The notes: a model not told the origin generated them from the letters alone. A stretch of 50,682 nt of DNA from Patescibacteria group bacterium (GCA_039028495.1 JBCCHY010000002.1:1-50682), one strand, 5' to 3'. Counted from the stretch's first letter, positions 8,477 through 18,518 are shown. Numbers and translations: made by a program.

Positions 8477-9040
8477 ATGAAGGCAAAGGTACTAAGTTTG
8501 CCAGTAGTTTTACTCGCAACGCTTGGATGGTTTGCGGCTTCAGCATACTGGTATACCTGTAATACGCAAGATATATGTGGGGACGCTAGCGAGACTAGCT
8601 CTGAGTCGGTAGCAAATGAAGCAGATCAGGCAAATACCGTTGAGCAACCAGGGCTGACAGTAGCTGATGAGCCCGAGCCTACCGAACCTGTGTATGACGA
8701 AGCGCTGACCGCTACAGCCTACTTTAACCCCGATGCTGCGACGTTTACGAGCTTTGAATGGCAGCTGGATCTAAATGAGATGGTACGAACAGGTCTAGAA
8801 GGCGATGCTAGCTACACAATCACTGGCTACACTGCTGGTGGTTCCGGTGAGAACGCTCGTCGGCTAAGTCTAGAGCGGGCTAATGCACTACTCGACTACA
8901 TGGTTGAGTCAGGTGTAAATGCAGACGACGTAACAATCGCAATAAAAGCCGGCGAAGATGCTGTTGCGGACAACGCAGATGAAGCTGGGCGAGTACAAAA
9001 CCGCCGAGCTGTAGTCACATTTAACAAAATCGAGGAATAG
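8477..9040 (+). CDS. OmpA/MotB-domain (peptidoglycan-binding) protein with an N-terminal anchor
   Basis: The C-terminus reads NARRLSLERANALLDYMVESGV...GRVQNRRAVVTF, the OmpA C-terminal-like signature. An N-terminal signal/TM segment is present. Confidence 0.7.
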   Translation: MKAKVLSLPVVLLATLGWFAASAYWYTCNTQDICGDASETSSESVANEADQANTVEQPGLTVADEPEPTEPVYDEALTATAYFNPDAATFTSFEWQLDLNEMVRTGLEGDASYTITGYTAGGSGENARRLSLERANALLDYMVESGVNADDVTIAIKAGEDAVADNADEAGRVQNRRAVVTFNKIEE

Positions 9041-9050
9041 GAGTAAACAC

Positions 9051-9497
9051 ATGATTTTTTTTGCACAAGTAAGCGCTTTTGAAGATCTAAATATCAAAGA
9101 CAAAGATACAGCAGTCTGGGAAATAATCATTATGCTGGCAGTTGCGTATCTACTAGGGTTCTTTACCTATTGGCTTATCAATAAGTATGAAGGTAGTGTC
9201 GCTAGTGGACCAGCTGAAGCTTCACCTAAAAAGCGCAAAGTAGCTGCAACAATGAGTATTAAGGAAGACCTCACGATCATCGAGGGTATAGGCCCGAAGA
9301 TACAAGAGATTCTGCACGCCGCAGGCGTCCGCTCGTATAGCGATCTTGCCGGCTCAGGCACTACAAAGCTCAAAAACATTCTAGAGGACGCAGGTTCTCG
9401 CTACCGCATGCACGATCCGGCTTCTTGGCCAAGGCAAGCAAAGTTAGCGGCCAGTGGCAAGATGGAAGAGCTAGAGAAGCTAAAAAAGCAGCTGTAA
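9051..9497 (+). CDS. Membrane protein with a C-terminal helix-hairpin-helix (DUF4332-like) domain
   Basis: It has one TM helix. The motif LTIIEGIGPKIQEILHAAGVRSYSDLA...RMHDPASWPRQAKLAA is a widespread HhH module. Confidence 0.55.
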   Translation: MIFFAQVSAFEDLNIKDKDTAVWEIIIMLAVAYLLGFFTYWLINKYEGSVASGPAEASPKKRKVAATMSIKEDLTIIEGIGPKIQEILHAAGVRSYSDLAGSGTTKLKNILEDAGSRYRMHDPASWPRQAKLAASGKMEELEKLKKQL

Positions 9498-9503
9498 CCT
9501 AAC

Positions 9504-10379
9504 CTATTTAGCCCAGGAGAGGATTTTGTCGCGAGCGTTTTGTCTGTAATCTTTGAGTTCTTTGTACTCGTCAAAGAAAAGTACTTTTTTGTCTTTTTCT
9601 AACTCACTAGAGGGGTCTGGTAGATCCCCGGTCACGTAAACCATGAAGCTTTCGCTAAAGTCCTCGGCGACATTGGTGGTTGCGTATTCTGTGACGTAGC
9701 TGTCAGAGTTCTGCTGAAAGTATTCGGCTGCTTCATCTTCTGTACGGTCTTCGCCGGGGTCAAGTTGGGCATTCCAAAAGGTTCGGTTGAACCTATTTAG
9801 GTACGAGTTAAACGCCAAACAGCCCTCCTCCAGTATTAGTGTGCGGCATGATTCAGTGATACCTTCTTGTTCAGATTCTGTAGTAGTCTGGCTATCCGTG
9901 AGTGAAATGATATGCCCATACTCATGAACGATTGTTGGGATTAACTCTGTGAATTCAGTAACGCTGATGTAGTTTATCGAGTAGACCCATTCACCATTGT
10001 CATTATCGAGTGCCGCAACGGATGCTAGAGTGCCATCCTCTTCATCAAAATATACCTCGAATTCAACAATAGACTCTAGATCTTGATCTGACGGTGCTAG
10101 ATCAGAGACTATTTCGTATAAGCTCTGGTCTGCTGGGTGCAACTCTGGGTCTGGGGTTCTGGTCTCGTCGAAGGTATAGATAATTTTCTGCTCATCAGGG
10201 TACTCTGGTTCATTGGACTCGAACACGATTTGTCTCGCCCGCATGCCGTCCTCTAGTGTTATAGAAGGCTCGGTGTTCGTAGTAGCACTCTGCGTCGACG
10301 TGTCCGAACCAGATCCGGACATGAATATGAATACTAGGCCTGCCGCGATGAAGATGTAGCCAAGGTTCCGACGTTTCAT
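9504..10379 (-). CDS. Secreted putative zinc metallopeptidase (HExxH)
   Basis: It has a signal anchor and the zincin motif TIVHEYGHII, plus a downstream E-rich segment (AEDFSESF). Confidence 0.55.
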   Translation of the reverse strand: MKRRNLGYIFIAAGLVFIFMSGSGSDTSTQSATTNTEPSITLEDGMRARQIVFESNEPEYPDEQKIIYTFDETRTPDPELHPADQSLYEIVSDLAPSDQDLESIVEFEVYFDEEDGTLASVAALDNDNGEWVYSINYISVTEFTELIPTIVHEYGHIISLTDSQTTTESEQEGITESCRTLILEEGCLAFNSYLNRFNRTFWNAQLDPGEDRTEDEAAEYFQQNSDSYVTEYATTNVAEDFSESFMVYVTGDLPDPSSELEKDKKVLFFDEYKELKDYRQNARDKILSWAK

Positions 10380-10386
10380 AACGATA

Positions 10387-10395
10387 AATATATCA
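10387..10395 (-). promoter_or_regulatory. Extended -10 TGaTATATT lying 7 nt upstream of ATG 10379
   Basis: The minus strand reads TGATATATTtatcgttATG. The TGA is the stop codon of the helicase gene. Confidence 0.35.
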
Positions 10396-13300
10396 TGACT
10401 TTGTCAGTAAATCCTCTATGAACTGTAGAGAGCCCTTTAGGTCGCGTGTATATGTGTCTACTTCGGGAAGATCGTAGGCCATGATCATGCTCCAGATGAC
10501 CGTGATCAGTTTTTTTATTTCATCTTCTTTTTTATCATCGTACTCTATTACGAGTGGAGGGACCGCTCGACCATCTTTGTCAGGCTCCACGAATTCTAGT
10601 CTAGCTTCAGTTAAACGGTAGTCTCTATATTTGTCAGATCCTTCTACCAGTATTTTGTAGAAGTAGAGCTGCTGTTCATATTTTAGAAGCTTCAGGTCGC
10701 GTGTCCATTTGCGGTATGGTTTGCCTGTTTTGTAGTCGGCGATTTTGATAGTTTTTTGTTTGTGATCAATTTCCATACGGTCAATCTTCCCCGACAAGAC
10801 GGCAGGCCCAACAGTAACGCCGTGACTATAAAAATTAACCTCCGTTTCTGCATTATCCGACCATTCCTTTGCTGCTCGCTCTAGGTAGCTATTCAAACTA
10901 GCCGTGCCTTGGTCCGTGTACCTCTGGAGCTCAGGTGCCGTTAGTAGTCTACTACCCAGATCACGCACGAAATACCCAATCGTCTCGTCAGTGGTTGGTG
11001 GTTTGCCTGATGACAGCCTGTGTTGATACCACTCCAGCGCGTTGTGGATTGACGTGCCGTACTCTCCTGGACCAGATGGCGCCTGCGGGAATCTGAGTAG
11101 GGTGTTGAGCGCAAAACTCTCAGGTCCCCCATACTCGAGATCCACAAAACTATTTAGATGGGTTGGACTCAAGCGGTATTTTGCTAGACGAGGCGCAAGC
11201 AATGAAAGTAGGCTTGATGACACCTGAAGGTGTCGATTCGACCAGTGGTAGAGTATGGATTCCTGGGCATTGACTGCCGAGCCTGTTTCTTCTTTATGGC
11301 TTTCATCGAGGACACCGTGTAGGAACGACAGAGAGGTTGTCTGTTTTCCAGTCATGTTTACTCTATGAGAGCTAATATGCAGACCAATTTTTGCCCTGGT
11401 CACTGCAACGTACAATATGCGCAGACGTTCGTCATGATCCGCACCTGTGTAGCGGATGTGGGCGAGATTCGGCGGTAGGCTGAGTTTATTGCTCGCGCCT
11501 CTGGCACCTCCTCCCCATGTCTGCTCGTCTGCGTTTATTAGAAACACATGTTCAAATTCTAACCCCTTTGCCTTATACACTGTCATGAGCTGGACTGATT
11601 TGGGGTGTGATTCAACAGCATGTTTATATGTCATACGCATGTCCGCTGCACGGTACATATCCGTTATCTCAATGAAATCTTGTATCTGTAGAGATCTGTC
11701 AGTATTTGTCTGACGATCTCTAATAGCTTCTCTGATAGTGCTAAGACTAGAGATTATTTCGTAGTACATGTCTGGACTACTACGTTCTGCTTCTGGGGCT
11801 AGGTAGTGTTTCTTGTATGGGCTCGTGTACTTTTCACCGTCAATTTCGATGGGTTGATTACCAATTAAATAGTCAAGCATATGTTCAAGCGAATGGCTGT
11901 CAATCATGCTGCTTAGAGTGAGCAAGAACTTTACAGGTGTTGCTAAGTCATCTTCGTCGATGGCTAGCTCCAGCCAGTTGCTATCTCGATCACAGCTCCA
12001 GTTAATGTGCCATATTGAATCAACAGGAATGCCCCAGTAGGTTTCACTAAGGACTACTGGGGCCAGCTGGTTGATTATCACTGTGCCCATTTCGCGAATG
12101 GCCAGCAGCAATCTACATACGTTAACGGTATGTGTAATATGTGGAGATTCGAGTACATTTTCTTGTCTCTCATAAGCTATGGGGATCCCGAGACCATGGA
12201 GATAGGGCGCAATGGCAACCAGGTCTCTGTGTCTAGGGCTGAGGACTACAATTTGTTCTGGTGATACCCCATCGTTAATGAGCGCGCTTACACTGTCTGC
12301 GACACCTGCGTATTCGTCTATCTGTGTATTATAGCTTGTTCTCTCAGGCGCTTGAACAGGTTGTTTTAGTCCAGCTGTTAGGTCCTTGCTGACATATTCC
12401 AGGTTGTCAGATAGCCTAGTGTGGATCTGTTCACTCAGCGCACCCGCTAGCTCCAGGATAGGCTTGCCTGAGCGGTAATTTGTTGTCAGTGGAATAATGC
12501 GTGTGTTTTTGTAGGTGTGTATGTACTTGAGCATGTTGCTGGATTTGGCGCCCTGGAATGCATAGATTGCTTGGTCGTCATCGCCTACAGCCATTATATT
12601 CGGCGACTCATCTGTGTCTCTACTGGCAATCAGCTCGACGAGTTTGAACTGTGATGCATTTGTGTCCTGGAACTCGTCTAGGAGTATGTACTGGTATTGC
12701 TCTTGTAGATTAAAACGAAGCTCACTACTGGTTTCTAGGGCTTCGATACTGCGCAGGATCATGTCATCAAAGTCGTAGAGATTACGATCAGACAACGCTT
12801 GGTTATAGGCGCTGTATATTCTACTGAGAGAAAGTAGTCTGCCGACGTGTTTTTGGTCAGTCAGCGTATGGTTACCTTCTGCATTTTTAGGGAGCCACTT
12901 TGTTTTCCATGAGGTCAGCGGTGTTGAGCTGCTAGTTTCGCTTGACTCGACATAAGCTAGAGATAGTTCGGTGACTGCTTGCTCTAGCAGATCACCTTTT
13001 AGTTTTGACAGAGATTCGAGTAAGTCGTCAAATTGAGCTGAGCGCTGTTCTTTTTTGCGTGAGAATCCCCCTGCTGAGTTAACTACTCTGTCGATGACGG
13101 TTTGAGCAGTGTCTATCTGCGCCTGGTTATGCTCGGCAGTAGTACTGAGGTCATCGGGAGTCATATTGGCGCGCTTGAGGTCACTGATAGTCGACAAAAC
13201 ACTTTTCACGTAGTAGCGAGAACCTATTAGGGGGTCATTAAAATCCAGATCGTCAACTATCTGTTCTATGATCTGGATCTGCGTTAGCTCATCTATGGGC

Positions 13301-13638
13301 CGCTCTAGGAGCACGTCTTCACTTCGGTTAACTGCTAACTTTTGAAAGTATTCGGCGTGATTTTTGATAATATCCGCCCCAAGAGCATGATACGTACTGA
13401 TATGAACCTTGTATGCATCTTGGCCGATTAGACCAACAAGTCTCTCGCGCATGTTACTGGCGGCTGCGTCTGTAAATGTTAAACAGAGTATATTGCTGGG
13501 GCTGTTATCATGCTGCAGTATGTTGGCTACACGCGCACTGAGCAGCTGTGTTTTACCGGTCCCAGGACCAGCCAGTACGAGCAAAGGTCCATAAATATGG
13601 TCAACTGCTTCCTGCTGTGCTTTATTGAGCTTGATCAC
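10393..13638 (-). CDS. UvrD/PcrA/AddA-type SF1 helicase fused to a C-terminal PD-(D/E)xK (RecB/Cas4-like) nuclease domain
   Basis: The helicase motifs present are Walker A LAGPGTGKT, LLDEFQDTN, AVGDDDQAIY, TNYRS and YVAVTRAK. The C-terminus reads GKIDRMEID...IADYKTGKP, a PD-ExK core. It uses a GTG start. Confidence 0.85.
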   Translation of the reverse strand: MIKLNKAQQEAVDHIYGPLLVLAGPGTGKTQLLSARVANILQHDNSPSNILCLTFTDAAASNMRERLVGLIGQDAYKVHISTYHALGADIIKNHAEYFQKLAVNRSEDVLLERPIDELTQIQIIEQIVDDLDFNDPLIGSRYYVKSVLSTISDLKRANMTPDDLSTTAEHNQAQIDTAQTVIDRVVNSAGGFSRKKEQRSAQFDDLLESLSKLKGDLLEQAVTELSLAYVESSETSSSTPLTSWKTKWLPKNAEGNHTLTDQKHVGRLLSLSRIYSAYNQALSDRNLYDFDDMILRSIEALETSSELRFNLQEQYQYILLDEFQDTNASQFKLVELIASRDTDESPNIMAVGDDDQAIYAFQGAKSSNMLKYIHTYKNTRIIPLTTNYRSGKPILELAGALSEQIHTRLSDNLEYVSKDLTAGLKQPVQAPERTSYNTQIDEYAGVADSVSALINDGVSPEQIVVLSPRHRDLVAIAPYLHGLGIPIAYERQENVLESPHITHTVNVCRLLLAIREMGTVIINQLAPVVLSETYWGIPVDSIWHINWSCDRDSNWLELAIDEDDLATPVKFLLTLSSMIDSHSLEHMLDYLIGNQPIEIDGEKYTSPYKKHYLAPEAERSSPDMYYEIISSLSTIREAIRDRQTNTDRSLQIQDFIEITDMYRAADMRMTYKHAVESHPKSVQLMTVYKAKGLEFEHVFLINADEQTWGGGARGASNKLSLPPNLAHIRYTGADHDERLRILYVAVTRAKIGLHISSHRVNMTGKQTTSLSFLHGVLDESHKEETGSAVNAQESILYHWSNRHLQVSSSLLSLLAPRLAKYRLSPTHLNSFVDLEYGGPESFALNTLLRFPQAPSGPGEYGTSIHNALEWYQHRLSSGKPPTTDETIGYFVRDLGSRLLTAPELQRYTDQGTASLNSYLERAAKEWSDNAETEVNFYSHGVTVGPAVLSGKIDRMEIDHKQKTIKIADYKTGKPYRKWTRDLKLLKYEQQLYFYKILVEGSDKYRDYRLTEARLEFVEPDKDGRAVPPLVIEYDDKKEDEIKKLITVIWSMIMAYDLPEVDTYTRDLKGSLQFIEDLLTKS

Positions 13639-13645
13639 GAACTAT

Positions 13646-13651
13646 ATTATA
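13646..13651 (-). promoter_or_regulatory. -10 box TATAAT lying 7 nt upstream of the helicase GTG start
   Basis: The minus strand reads gcgTATAATatagttcGTG. It lies in a 39-bp divergent intergenic region. Confidence 0.4.
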
Positions 13652-13662
13652 CGCTGTTCTAT

Positions 13663-13671
13663 TGGTATGAT
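13663..13671 (+). promoter_or_regulatory. Extended -10 TGgTATGAT lying 6 nt upstream of GTG 13678
   Basis: The sequence reads TGGTATGATtgagtaGTG. Confidence 0.4.
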
Positions 13672-13677
13672 TGAGTA

Positions 13678-14289
13678 GTGGCAGAAGCAAAAATACTAGA
13701 GTTTTTCAAACAAAATGATGAAATCATGTTTGGTTTGCTATCCAGATTAAGCGCCCTACCCTCTTTCGCTGCAATTCCAAAAAAGAAACGGCTAGGGCGA
13801 CTAATGCGGACGATTGTAGGTCAGCAGTTATCTGTTAAGGCTGCTGCAACTATCTGGGCGCGCGTAGAGAAGCTAGTTGGTAAAAACATTAGCGGTACAT
13901 CATTTGATGACATAAGCGACGAACAGCTACGTGAGGCAGGTTTAAGCTACCAAAAGATCGGCTACATTAGGTCAATTATAAAAAGCCTTAAAGACGGTGA
14001 TGTATCACTGGATAATCTAGATGAAATGTCTGACGAGCAAGCTACCTCTGAGCTAACAAAGCTTAAGGGAATAGGCGTCTGGTCAGCAGAGATGTTCCTC
14101 ATGTCTGCTCTAGGCCGTACGGACATATTCAGCACTGGCGATCTTGGGCTAGTGACGGCAGTTGATCGGCACTACGGCTGTGATCGCAAAGATATCGCAA
14201 CAATCCAGCAGATTGCACAGACTTGGGCTCCATACAGATCGTATGCCTCGATAGCCCTGTGGAGGTCACTCGATAATGAGCCAAACTAA
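13678..14289 (+). CDS. HhH-GPD DNA glycosylase (3-methyladenine DNA glycosylase II, AlkA-like)
   Basis: Motifs present are IVGQQLSVKAAATIWARV, LKGIGVWSAEMFLM (the HhH-GPD loop) and a catalytic Asp context (GDLGL). Confidence 0.75.
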   Translation: MAEAKILEFFKQNDEIMFGLLSRLSALPSFAAIPKKKRLGRLMRTIVGQQLSVKAAATIWARVEKLVGKNISGTSFDDISDEQLREAGLSYQKIGYIRSIIKSLKDGDVSLDNLDEMSDEQATSELTKLKGIGVWSAEMFLMSALGRTDIFSTGDLGLVTAVDRHYGCDRKDIATIQQIAQTWAPYRSYASIALWRSLDNEPN

Positions 14290-15271
14290 CTACAGGGGTT
14301 TGGAATTCGACCTACCTACAGAGCTAATCGCCCAGTCACCTGCAGTGCCGCGCGATAGTGCCAAGCTACTTGTATATGATCGTGGACAGCAGAGCATCAC
14401 TCACGATATATTCAGTAACATTGCAGCTTATTTACAGCCAGAAACCTCTCTGGTAATGAATAACACCAAGGTTGATCATTGTAGGTGGCTTTTTGATGAA
14501 AACAAAATAGAGATATTCGTACTAGAAAAGCTGGATGATCACCGCGTAGTTGCTATGGTCAGACCGGGCAAAAGGTTCAAATTGGGTCAGACGACTCAGC
14601 TTACCGAGAGTATTTCTGCCCGCACCCTGGCAATTAACGAAGATGGCCATAGGACGTTAGAGCTGAGCCTTCCCCATGATCACCCTGAGCTATTGGCGCA
14701 TGAGCATGTACCCTTGCCCCCATACATCACTCAGAATGACGAGCTAGCAGAGGAATACCAAACAGTTTACGCCAAGCATTCTGGGTCAAAGGCCGCTCCG
14801 ACAGCTGGTCTACATTTCACAAAGGACTTGCTAGCAGAGATCGGTGAAAGTAATGAGCTAATCGAGCTCGAGCTTGAGGTAGGCTTAGGCACATTCGCGC
14901 CACTCACTGATGAGAATTTTGAATCCCAGACACTGCACAAGGAGCGTTACAACGTCGACGCATCAGCTGCTAAATCGCTGAACCAATCCCGTCATATAAC
15001 AGCTGTCGGCACCACTAGCCTGCGTACACTAGAGTCGATTACTTTTGATGGCTCTGCGAAGTTTGGAGACACGGACATTTTCATCATGCCTGGCTACGAA
15101 TTTAGGAATGTGGATTCTTTAATAACCAATTTTCACCTGCCGGGTACGTCTTTATTATTACTTGTAGAAGCATTTATCGGCGATCGAGCTGAGACTGAGA
15201 GGATATACCAGGAAGCAATCTCAAGATCTTACCGGTTCTACTCCTTCGGTGACGCCATGCTCATACTCTGA
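14276..15271 (+). CDS. queA: S-adenosylmethionine:tRNA ribosyltransferase-isomerase
   Basis: The N-terminus reads FDLPTELIAQSPAVPRDSAKLLV. Also present are LPPYI, APTAGLHFT, AVGTTSLRTLES and a SFGDAMLI tail. Confidence 0.85.
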   Translation: MSQTNYRGLEFDLPTELIAQSPAVPRDSAKLLVYDRGQQSITHDIFSNIAAYLQPETSLVMNNTKVDHCRWLFDENKIEIFVLEKLDDHRVVAMVRPGKRFKLGQTTQLTESISARTLAINEDGHRTLELSLPHDHPELLAHEHVPLPPYITQNDELAEEYQTVYAKHSGSKAAPTAGLHFTKDLLAEIGESNELIELELEVGLGTFAPLTDENFESQTLHKERYNVDASAAKSLNQSRHITAVGTTSLRTLESITFDGSAKFGDTDIFIMPGYEFRNVDSLITNFHLPGTSLLLLVEAFIGDRAETERIYQEAISRSYRFYSFGDAMLIL

Positions 15272-15909
15272 GCTTTTTCGAGCATGGCTGGCATTGTTTC
15301 GAGCTTTTCCAGACAGTCGCTAATCATTTTTTTTGGTAGTTTACTGACAGTTCTTATCCCCAGTAGTTTCCTAGCCTCGCTAACGGGCTCTCCTCTTAAG
15401 AAACTCACGTATCTTGCAGAATAGCAGTCCATCAATGTACCACTGAAGGCATCGATATAATGAAGCTGGTCACCTAGTCTATTGCGGCGTCTATCTGTTG
15501 GTTTTTCCTTCCATTTGCGGTAGGGTTCTAGAATTCTATCGTCATAGCAGCGGTCAATAGAAAGCAGTGCGAATAGGTGCGTGGATACGTCGTGGACGGC
15601 CATCCCCTTCCTGTAATCAAGCATTATTGCACCGCCCTCCCAGGCTTCAAAGAATCGTTCGGCATCAAGAAGCCCACCGGTGTCTACGACTGTTCTGAGG
15701 CCTGTGCTTGCGAACATCCTGTTAAACCCTAGATCATTTGGTGCTGAGTATGATAATTGCTCGTTGCACATGGACACTTGTATGCCTGCTGCACGCGCTA
15801 GTTTACTCCCAGTTTCGGTAAGGAGGTTGTCAACACCATCAATCACCTGATGGTGTTTATCCGTGTCGTATACAAATCTATCTCGGCGCAAAGATGGCTG
15901 ATTTCTCAT
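15238..15909 (-). CDS. Hypothetical protein (223 aa), no recognised domain
   Basis: It is an intact ORF that overlaps the queA 3' end convergently by 34 nt. A TATAAT box lies 7 nt upstream of its ATG. Confidence 0.45.
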   Translation of the reverse strand: MRNQPSLRRDRFVYDTDKHHQVIDGVDNLLTETGSKLARAAGIQVSMCNEQLSYSAPNDLGFNRMFASTGLRTVVDTGGLLDAERFFEAWEGGAIMLDYRKGMAVHDVSTHLFALLSIDRCYDDRILEPYRKWKEKPTDRRRNRLGDQLHYIDAFSGTLMDCYSARYVSFLRGEPVSEARKLLGIRTVSKLPKKMISDCLEKLETMPAMLEKAQSMSMASPKE

Positions 15910-15916
15910 ATGTCAT

Positions 15917-15922
15917 ATTATA
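15917..15922 (-). promoter_or_regulatory. -10 box TATAAT lying 7 nt upstream of ATG 15909
   Basis: The minus strand reads ttaTATAATatgacatATG. Confidence 0.4.
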
Positions 15923-15936
15923 TAATAAAATAGTAT

Positions 15937-16860
15937 TTAAAGCCAGCGCTTTTTACGGAAGATGAGCATTGTTATAACAACAAGTCCCATAGATATTGCG
16001 AGTATGACAGTAAATGCATGCTTACTACCCATGTGAGGGAGTTCTACATTCATGCCATACAGTCCACTGATAAGCGTCGGGACCATCAGGAATATAGTGA
16101 TACTGGTGAGACGCTTGAATATTTTATTTAGATTGTTGGTAGCTATAGTCGTGTAGGCTCCGCGGATATTCTGCATTGTTTTAAGGCGTGATTTACTGAG
16201 GTCAATCAGCTCGTTAGTCGATAGCTGAAGGTCTTCGACGAGCTCGCGGTCATCTTCATGTAGCTTGAAATACCTACCTCTAGCAAGTGCATCGAGCACG
16301 ATGCCATAGGGCTGCAGAGCTGCTAAGAACTCGTTCAGGTCTTCTTCGAGATCGATAAAGAACAGGATTTCGTCATTGTTAATGATGGTCTTTTCACTAA
16401 GGCGTGCACGGGTACTAAAGATCTTTTTTGTAATAGAGTTTATGTAGCTACGGTATCCTTTGTTGATCTCGCTCAGTATCATTAATATCAATTTGGCACG
16501 TTGTGTAGTGATTGTTGCTTCATCGCCAAACAGCTTGTCGACTTCTTGTACATGTTTTCTTGATAGTGTTACAAGATAACTCGAGGTTACGACTATAAGT
16601 AACGGTTCAGTGCTGGTTAATGAGCCTGATGGTTCGCAGTAGCGAGTGTATATATATGTTGCACCATCTTCACGTTCAATACGTGGAGCTTCGTATAGGT
16701 CAATACCGTCTGTCATCAAGCCCTCGTCCAGCTTAAGCTCCCGAGCAAAATCCTCGACCTCATGTATGTCGTGGCTGACAATGTTTATCCAGGAGCCTCG
16801 TACGGGCTTATCTAGCTCTTTGGTTGCATGATCTCGTTGGCCCCTATGGATAATCTGCAT
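15937..16860 (-). CDS. corA: CorA-family Mg2+/Co2+ transporter
   Basis: The C-terminal YGMNV (GMN) motif lies between two TM helices. It is ~300 aa. Confidence 0.85.
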   Translation of the reverse strand: MQIIHRGQRDHATKELDKPVRGSWINIVSHDIHEVEDFARELKLDEGLMTDGIDLYEAPRIEREDGATYIYTRYCEPSGSLTSTEPLLIVVTSSYLVTLSRKHVQEVDKLFGDEATITTQRAKLILMILSEINKGYRSYINSITKKIFSTRARLSEKTIINNDEILFFIDLEEDLNEFLAALQPYGIVLDALARGRYFKLHEDDRELVEDLQLSTNELIDLSKSRLKTMQNIRGAYTTIATNNLNKIFKRLTSITIFLMVPTLISGLYGMNVELPHMGSKHAFTVILAISMGLVVITMLIFRKKRWL

Positions 16861-16861
16861 C

Positions 16862-18502
16862 CTACTGCCCGATATATATGATTATTTGCTGGCCGCTCAG
16901 TTGTAAGCTGCTAGGTATGACTCGCCAGGCACCTTCGCCTAGGTCTTCTGCCGGAGTCGATAGATTAACTTGGCCTAATTCATCTGTTTTCAGGCCATCA
17001 AAGACCACTTGCGCTCCGGTTGTTATCTCGGTCGCGACGAGAGATAGCTCATCTCCGCTAGGGCTACTGGCAACGAACTCAATGGCGCCTGACGCTGCTA
17101 TAGGGTTGGCCGGATCAGTACCTGAAGACACTTCTACCATGGGTTCATCTACCACCCTTTGGTCTATCTGGCTGAATAGCTGGGCAGACAGCAGGAGCTC
17201 CTGGGCGTTAACTGAGCCATGGCCATACTCTGGGTTAAATATATCTAGCGATGCAGATGAGCGCAGTAGCTGATGGACCTGCGCTGAACTAAAGTCACCA
17301 GTACTCAGCAGCAGCCCGATCACCCCGCTTGTGATTGGCGCAGCAAATGAAGTGCCGCTAATATTTGATGCGTATCTGGAGGTGGGGTTGCTTGCACTCC
17401 AGCTAGTTGAGTTTTCTACAAGTAAACCGGGCGCAACTACATCTAGCTCTGGGCCGTAGCCAGAGAAGCTAGCCCGTAGTCCGGAGCTGTTTACCGCGCC
17501 GACAGCAATAGCCTGGTCATAGACACTTGGATAGGTCATTCTACCCGGTGCTGGAAGCTGTTCACAGAACGAATATGCGAGTGAGGCACAGTTGCCTGAG
17601 GCGACAACTACGATTACATCGTTCGCGTAGGCATATGATATAGCGGCTTCCATGGCTGGATCGTGACCAGCACCGCCTAGGCTGAGATTTATGACGTTTG
17701 CTCCATTATCAACGGCGTACTCTATGGCAGCTACGATGTCGCTGGTATAGCCTATCCCCCGGTCTGAGAGTGTTTGTAGGGGCATAATCTGTGCTGACCA
17801 GTCAACTCCGGCTATGCCGATGCTGTTGTTACTGGCTGCACCGATCAGTCCTGAAACAAGTGTTCCGTGTGTGACTCCATCGCCGTTTGGGTCTGTTTCT
17901 CCTGCTGCCGGGCTGTTGTCCCCACTATAGAAGTCCCAGCCCCGCCAGTCATCAATGTAACCGTTATCGTCATCGTCGCAATTATTGGTCTGCTTATCAG
18001 CTGGTTGCCCATCCCAGCATAGATCGGCTGGAGTTGTCTGACCAGACTCCTGGTTGTTTATGAACCAGCCTCCGGACAGATCTTGATGGTCAAACGCAAA
18101 GCCACTGTCGATGACGGCGATCACAACATCTTGATTACCTGTAGTGATATCCCAGGCCTGTGGGACGGCAGTAGCTGAGAGGTGCCATGCTGGATACAGC
18201 GGATCATTTGTGTCAATCAGGGCAATGTATTCTTGCTCTTCTACGTCAATCCGTGCCAGGATATCACTACTACTGGGGATTTTTTCAGGAGGCTCCTTGA
18301 CTGGAGGCTGGCTGCTGGACACGCCACTGGCGACAATTGTCGTAAAATCTATCTGCTCCGCAGGTGTGTTCAGGCTGAGTGGGTGGAGCTGTGTATTTCT
18401 GTCCGGCTGTGTATCAGGTTCTGGCAATGTAGCAATGTATAAGCCAACCCCCACAACTAACGTGAGTGCGATTAACTGTAGTAGCCCAATGTGCTTATGC
18501 AT
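16862..18502 (-). CDS. Secreted subtilisin-like serine protease (peptidase S8)
   Basis: The catalytic triad contexts are VIAVIDSGF (Asp), HGTLVSGLIG (His) and GTSFAAPITSG (Ser). It has an N-terminal signal anchor. Confidence 0.85.
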   Translation of the reverse strand: MHKHIGLLQLIALTLVVGVGLYIATLPEPDTQPDRNTQLHPLSLNTPAEQIDFTTIVASGVSSSQPPVKEPPEKIPSSSDILARIDVEEQEYIALIDTNDPLYPAWHLSATAVPQAWDITTGNQDVVIAVIDSGFAFDHQDLSGGWFINNQESGQTTPADLCWDGQPADKQTNNCDDDDNGYIDDWRGWDFYSGDNSPAAGETDPNGDGVTHGTLVSGLIGAASNNSIGIAGVDWSAQIMPLQTLSDRGIGYTSDIVAAIEYAVDNGANVINLSLGGAGHDPAMEAAISYAYANDVIVVVASGNCASLAYSFCEQLPAPGRMTYPSVYDQAIAVGAVNSSGLRASFSGYGPELDVVAPGLLVENSTSWSASNPTSRYASNISGTSFAAPITSGVIGLLLSTGDFSSAQVHQLLRSSASLDIFNPEYGHGSVNAQELLLSAQLFSQIDQRVVDEPMVEVSSGTDPANPIAASGAIEFVASSPSGDELSLVATEITTGAQVVFDGLKTDELGQVNLSTPAEDLGEGAWRVIPSSLQLSGQQIIIYIGQ

Positions 18503-18509
18503 ATATTAA

Positions 18510-18518
18510 AGTGTACCA
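18510..18518 (-). promoter_or_regulatory. Extended -10 TGgTACACT lying 7 nt upstream of ATG 18502
   Basis: The minus strand reads TGGTACACTttaatatATG. Confidence 0.35.
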
